The position numbers and the translations under genes are program-made. Shown here piece after piece: positions 27,501-33,500 of a stretch of DNA of 64,000 bases. The stretch is from positions 1,256-65,255 of the forward strand of contig CAZYDU010000004.1 in the NCBI GenBank assembly GCA_964646345.1, given 5' to 3'. The notes under the pieces were generated by a model that was not told where the DNA came from, ran no database searches, and was given only the letters and a program-made list of their open reading frames with translations. The stretch comes from an uncultured Lachnospiraceae bacterium. GTDB lineage: Bacteria; Bacillota; Clostridia; Christensenellales; UBA1242. Position 1 is the stretch's first letter, and every line of letters begins with the position of its first letter.

Positions 27501-30500
27501 TAGAACATATTATCAAACTCGCAATCATCAAGGTTTGCAAGCATTGCTTTGAATGTTACAGCTGAAAAATCAGTGTAAGATTGAGCAGATGTTGTGCCAT
27601 TTGAATCATGACTAACAAAACCGTTCATGATTTCAACATAATATCCGTTATTAAACCCTAAAACAAGTTCAACTTTTGCAGGTGTACCTTGAGTATGGTA
27701 AACTTCAAAAGCAAATATAGGGTTAACATAAGGCAAGCCATCAATCAAAGTTACGCCAGGGAAGCCTTTGATGACAGAACTGCCACTTGTGTAATCAATA
27801 TCATAATAAGTATTTGAATCTTCAAGATATTTATAGCTAGTATATGAGCTTGATGTTGAGTCAGACTGAGTCAAACCAGTTATCTTCATTTTATTGATTG
27901 AAATGAAAGACGAAAATGTGTTTGAACTTACAACTTCTCCTGAAATATCATCATGAGAAAATTCGCCTAGAACAGAAATAAATTCGAAAGTTGCCGGGTC
28001 ATTAAGTTTAACATAACGACTGGTGTTTCCAGCATAAACAACATTTGATGAATTTTTAACTTCAACTTCAATGAATTTTTCACGAATTGAACCGCTTGCA
28101 CCAGAAAGAGTATCCTTAGTAATAGTGCTTGGTGAAGTTATATAACCTTTATCATCAAGTGTAACATAAGCAAAGCTATAATATTCTTTATATTTTCCAG
28201 TAGCATAATCTCTATCATAAACCAAAAGTTCCCAATTAGTGCTAGAAGATGTTTTCTTATAAGCTACGTATTTGCCATCTGAATAATTATATGTTGCTTT
28301 AACGTAATATTTTGTATTTTTCTTTCTTTCAATTTTTCCTGAAATAATAGACCTATACAAACCATTAACATCTAGTGTGAAATATGGGTAACAGTTAATA
28401 GATAAACCTTTCTGTTCATTCTTTTTATCATCTACACCTTCTATTTCATAAGTTTCAGTCATCATATAACTGCTGAAAACATAATATGATACAGCTGGTC
28501 TAAATTCAAATTTATTAGTTGAGCTATAATATGTGTATGTAAATTCTGAAACTGCATTACCATAAGAAAATGCAGTTCCGCTGTGGCTGATAGTTTTGTG
28601 AAGTGAATAGTTCAATTTATCATAGAAGAATATACAAGCTGTGAGTTTATCTTCTGCATAAGGAATAACTTGAAGATCACTAGCTATTATACTTAAATTA
28701 TCGTTATAAATTGTTGCTTTTTCTATTGTTTCACTAGAAATTGTTGCAAATAAATAACCTTTTTTGGTTGAATCGCTTTCATCTCTTGTGAAAACTTTGC
28801 GAGTTGAAGCATCATAGAAATATGTGCTTGAACCACTTGTAACTTTACTATATGGAACAAACTTATATGAACCAGAATTATAGGCGTCTGGAAGACTACC
28901 TTTAATATAACACAAACCAGTATTAGCATCACAGAAATAGTAGTTACCATTATAGCGGAAAACATAATCCATATCTATTGAGTTATCATCAATTAGATAT
29001 TTTTCATCAATTGTTCCAGAAGAATAGCCTGAATAGCTAAGTGAACTTGATTCTTCATGTGCATAAAAATAAAATTTATCATTGCCACTTTCATCAATTT
29101 GCTTGATATAATATTTTCCATTATAGAAATAAATTGGGGTTTTATCTTGATAGTAACCATAAGCATAAGGAATGTTGATAAATGATGATGAATTAACATC
29201 TCCAAACAATTCTTTATAGGTTATGTTTTCCCCCAAAGTATTAAGCAATGGAACAAGGTTATGAATTTCCTGTCCATCATTTGTTTCACTTGATTCTTCA
29301 ATATAACAAATACCATCAGCTTCGTCACCTGTTTTACCATTAGGCAATACATACAAACTCACTGCAGATGGCTCAGGCGAATTTGTTGTCGTTGAAGCAT
29401 AGCAAGTATAAAGACTATATTTTGTTAAGATTTTATATTCTGTTTTTGATGCAGCAGCTGTGCCACTTGTTGCTTTGTAGGTAATTGGATAGTTATAAAA
29501 AGTTTTTCCATCACTAGTTTTATATACAATATTATCAGAAGCTCTTTTACTTTCAGAATCAGTAATATTAGTAACAAGTGTAAATTTCCTTTCACCAGAT
29601 GCAGTTGATTCTGCATTTGTAATTTGCAAATCAAATGATTCGTTAATATCAGTTCTATAAAGACTTTGACTGCCTGAAAAACCTTGACTGAATGATGTGT
29701 AGTTCAAAACAATTTTCTTTGGGTTTGAACCAACATATTCAATTATTGTAATATACAATGGCATGCTTGGAAGCGTTGTTAAATCTGGATTTGTAAATAA
29801 TTGACATCTATCACTATCAGCATAACTGAAGTAATAAGTTTTAGAATTAAATTCAAATTTTGCAATTTTATTCCTTGAGTCAACTATTGATAAAGTGCGA
29901 TTTGTGTTAGGAACTGAAGTATCTCCAGATGAACCAAAGATATATTTATTGATAAGTTTGGTAGAGTTATCAATTCCGTCAGTTCCATCTCCAAGATTTG
30001 AAATATCGTCAATTACTTTGTTTGAGTCTGACAAATATTTTGTAACATAAGAATAGCTTGACCTTGTTTGAACATAATTTGCTTCAAATTCTTGCTCTGT
30101 TGAACTAGAAATATTGTGAACATAACTTGTTTTCAAAGTTACCATTTGTCCATTGGTGTTTGATTCATATTCTTGAACAACCAACATATTTTTGGCTTCG
30201 CCAAGTTCTTCAACATAATAATAACTGCTAACATCAAGCGATGCACCGAAGTTTTCATAGAATGTTTGAAGTTTTGTTTTCACAGAAGAATCAGCTGTAG
30301 CATAATCTTGAATTTGTTTACCAGAAAAGATACTATTGCCAACGAGCGAAGAAAAGTTAGAAATAGGGTAGTACATTATAATTTTTGTTTTTGAATTTTC
30401 TTCGTCATATTTAACAGTTTCTTTTCTAGCAACTGGTTTTGTTGAGAAGAAGTGTTTTACACCTGAATTAGTGTATGAACCAATACCATAATAAACATAG

Positions 30501-33500
30501 CATTTAGATTCTGTATTGGTTGTTGCACATTCATCAAGTCCTTTAATAACTTCAATTTGGTTGATTTTTACACCTTCTGTGAAAGTTGTTTTGAAATGTT
30601 TATGTGAATTTTTATTTCCACAAGTGCAAGAAGAATCTGCTGGAATGGTATCAGTACTACACTTATAAACATTTTTGATATTGTCTAAATCATTTTTATA
30701 TTTATAAACCACTGAATCATAACAATAATATTTATAATCAGAATAAGACGTTGTGCATTCAGCATCTTGATAAGCGTCAAGCATACCGTTTGCAATTTCT
30801 TTAACATAAACACCGCTTTCAATCATGAAATAGCCGTTTGTTTGTTGACTGATACTACTCAAACCATAACCAGCAAAATATTCATTTTCAACTTTCAAAA
30901 TAGTTGTGTTAGCAACAAGTCCATCTTCAGATGTTTTGTATTTAGCATTGGTTATAGCATCAACATAAGCATAATGAATTGATGCTGTTTTATTATCAGG
31001 AGTTGTGAAGATTATTGCTGGATTTGTTGATGAGAAATAAATATGATATGATGACTCAGCTGGGGAAATGAGATTAGAATTATTGCTTTCAAAATATTTA
31101 TCAGCAACTTGATAATCTGCACCATAAGCATAATCAAAAAATAATTCATAGGAATTGCTGTCAGTGCTAAATGTAAGTCCGCCGTCATTTGTAACACCTG
31201 AAACAATTTTCTTAGCATAGAAGAAATTATCATTAAACATCATTGCATCAAGTCTCATATCACTTGAATAAGCCTCAAATGCAACTGATGTGACTGATGT
31301 CGTGAAGTATTTTAAATAAATTTCATAAGCCTTTACGCTGTCATGAATGATTAATTTTTGAACACTTGAATCCTTAGTTGCATACATGAAGTTTTCTTTC
31401 ATTATTGATTTTTCATAACGGTTTTCAATGTACGGATAAATTATATATTCAGAAACTGAAGTGCTTTCCATATCTGCAACACTTGTCATATCTGCAACAC
31501 TTGTTACTTTAGTCCCATCAAGTGAGTTTCCAAATGAAATGGTTATTTTTCCACTTGCGTCAGTAGAAATTTCGTAGTGAGCACCTTTATATTGTGAACC
31601 ATCTTCATTATAAAGGGTTAAAGTTTTGTCTGTGATGTAGAAACTAATAGTTTGGCTAGCGAGTTTAGTTTTTGCTTCGTTTTTAGATGCTGGACCGTAT
31701 GTTTTCAAATCAGATATAGAAGCATCAGAAGCATATCTTTCTAATGAATAATATATTTGGTCAAATGTATTGCTTTCCTGATAATATCTTCCAATTAAAG
31801 TTTGATACATATCAATTCTAATTCTTGTTGTGAATTTGTTTGAAAGTTTTAATGAACCTGTCAAATCATCATTAATAGAAATTAAGAATGTATCATCATA
31901 ACTCCAAGCCTTTGTGCATTTAACATTTGTGTAAATATTATTTTTAACTGGATTTACATATAAGTTAACGTCTTCAAGTTTATATCTAACCATTTTAACT
32001 TTTCCAGTAGAAAAGTCACAGCTAGACATTTTCTTGAAACCAATTTTTAAATAATCAACTTCATCATCAGATGAAAATTTAGATGTGATTGATAATTTGT
32101 TGTAAACTGCTTCGTCTTTATTGGTATCATAAGAACCAGTAATGTAATATGAAATACCATTGATAGTTGTGCGGTAGCGGGTGATTATAACATTTGAATA
32201 ATCTGCTGAAATACCAACATCAACACTAAAGAACAATGAACTATTGTTTTTATCTCCACGTTCGCCATTCCAAACAACATTCCAGCCAGATTTGTCTGTA
32301 TTTTCGTTTACGGTTGAATAAACTTTGCCCTTGTAATAGTAATAATAATCATCGTGATAAGAGAATTTGTAAATTCCATCATCATATTTTGAAATATCGT
32401 TACCAAAATCTTCGTCATAGTTTGTAATTTGAAATCTAGTTGCAGTTTTGTTAAGAACGTCATTTGATATGGTATATTCATCTATTGCTTCTTCAAGTTT
32501 GAAACTTTTATCTATGGTTAAACCGAAGGTGTAATCATTGATTTTTTCAACAGAAGAAATTGACATACCCGCACTACCAGTTTTTCCAAATAGAGTGTTA
32601 GTTGTAGGATTAAAGTATGGTGTGTCTTGCACAAATGTTTGCAAATAAGAAGATTTTTTATCCAAAATAACTTCATGGAAATACTTACTTATTGTTGTGC
32701 CACTTGACTCAGTATGGTCTTCATAACTTTCTGCTAATTCTAACTTATAATTACCAGTTGTTGTGTAATCATCATTGCTGAAATAATAGAAATCCATGAA
32801 AGATGTATTAATACCATGAGGCGACATGAAATATGCAAAACCGTTATAAACCAAACATGATTCTGAGTTTTTGATAGCTTCAATTTCAGAATCGGTTAAA
32901 TCTTTTACATATTTTTCAAGCAATTCAGGCTTTGTTGAATCACCAATTCTTGTGCCTGCAGCTTGAATTTCGATATTGTGTTGGTCTTTAATTCTTTCAA
33001 GCTTGAGAAGGGTGTAGGTAGACCCATCATAACAAATCATGTTATTTGAACTTGTGCTTTGATACATGTAATAAACTTTATTTTCTGATGATGTATCTAG
33101 TTTTTGATAGTAATAAATATATTCTTCGCCATCATACTTAAAGTAGCTTTTATCGTTACTTGAAGAAATACCACTCTCTATTTTTGATTCATTTAAGAAA
33201 TAATATTCTGAAACGATTTTGCCATCTACTGTTTGAACATATTTCAAAATTGTGTTATTTGGGCTATTACTATTAGAGTAAACAGCTGGTGCAAAGGTTT
33301 CGTTATCGGTAATAACATTGTATTTATCTAGCAATGTGTCGCTAGGCATTACAACCGAAACATAAACAGTTGTTTTAACACAACCCAACGCATCAACAGT
33401 TGATGTAACTGATTTTATAACTTCATAAGAAATACCATTTGAACCATATTCACTTGGGTCGATAACATTGCTTCCGTCAAAAACTTTAACAGAAATATTT

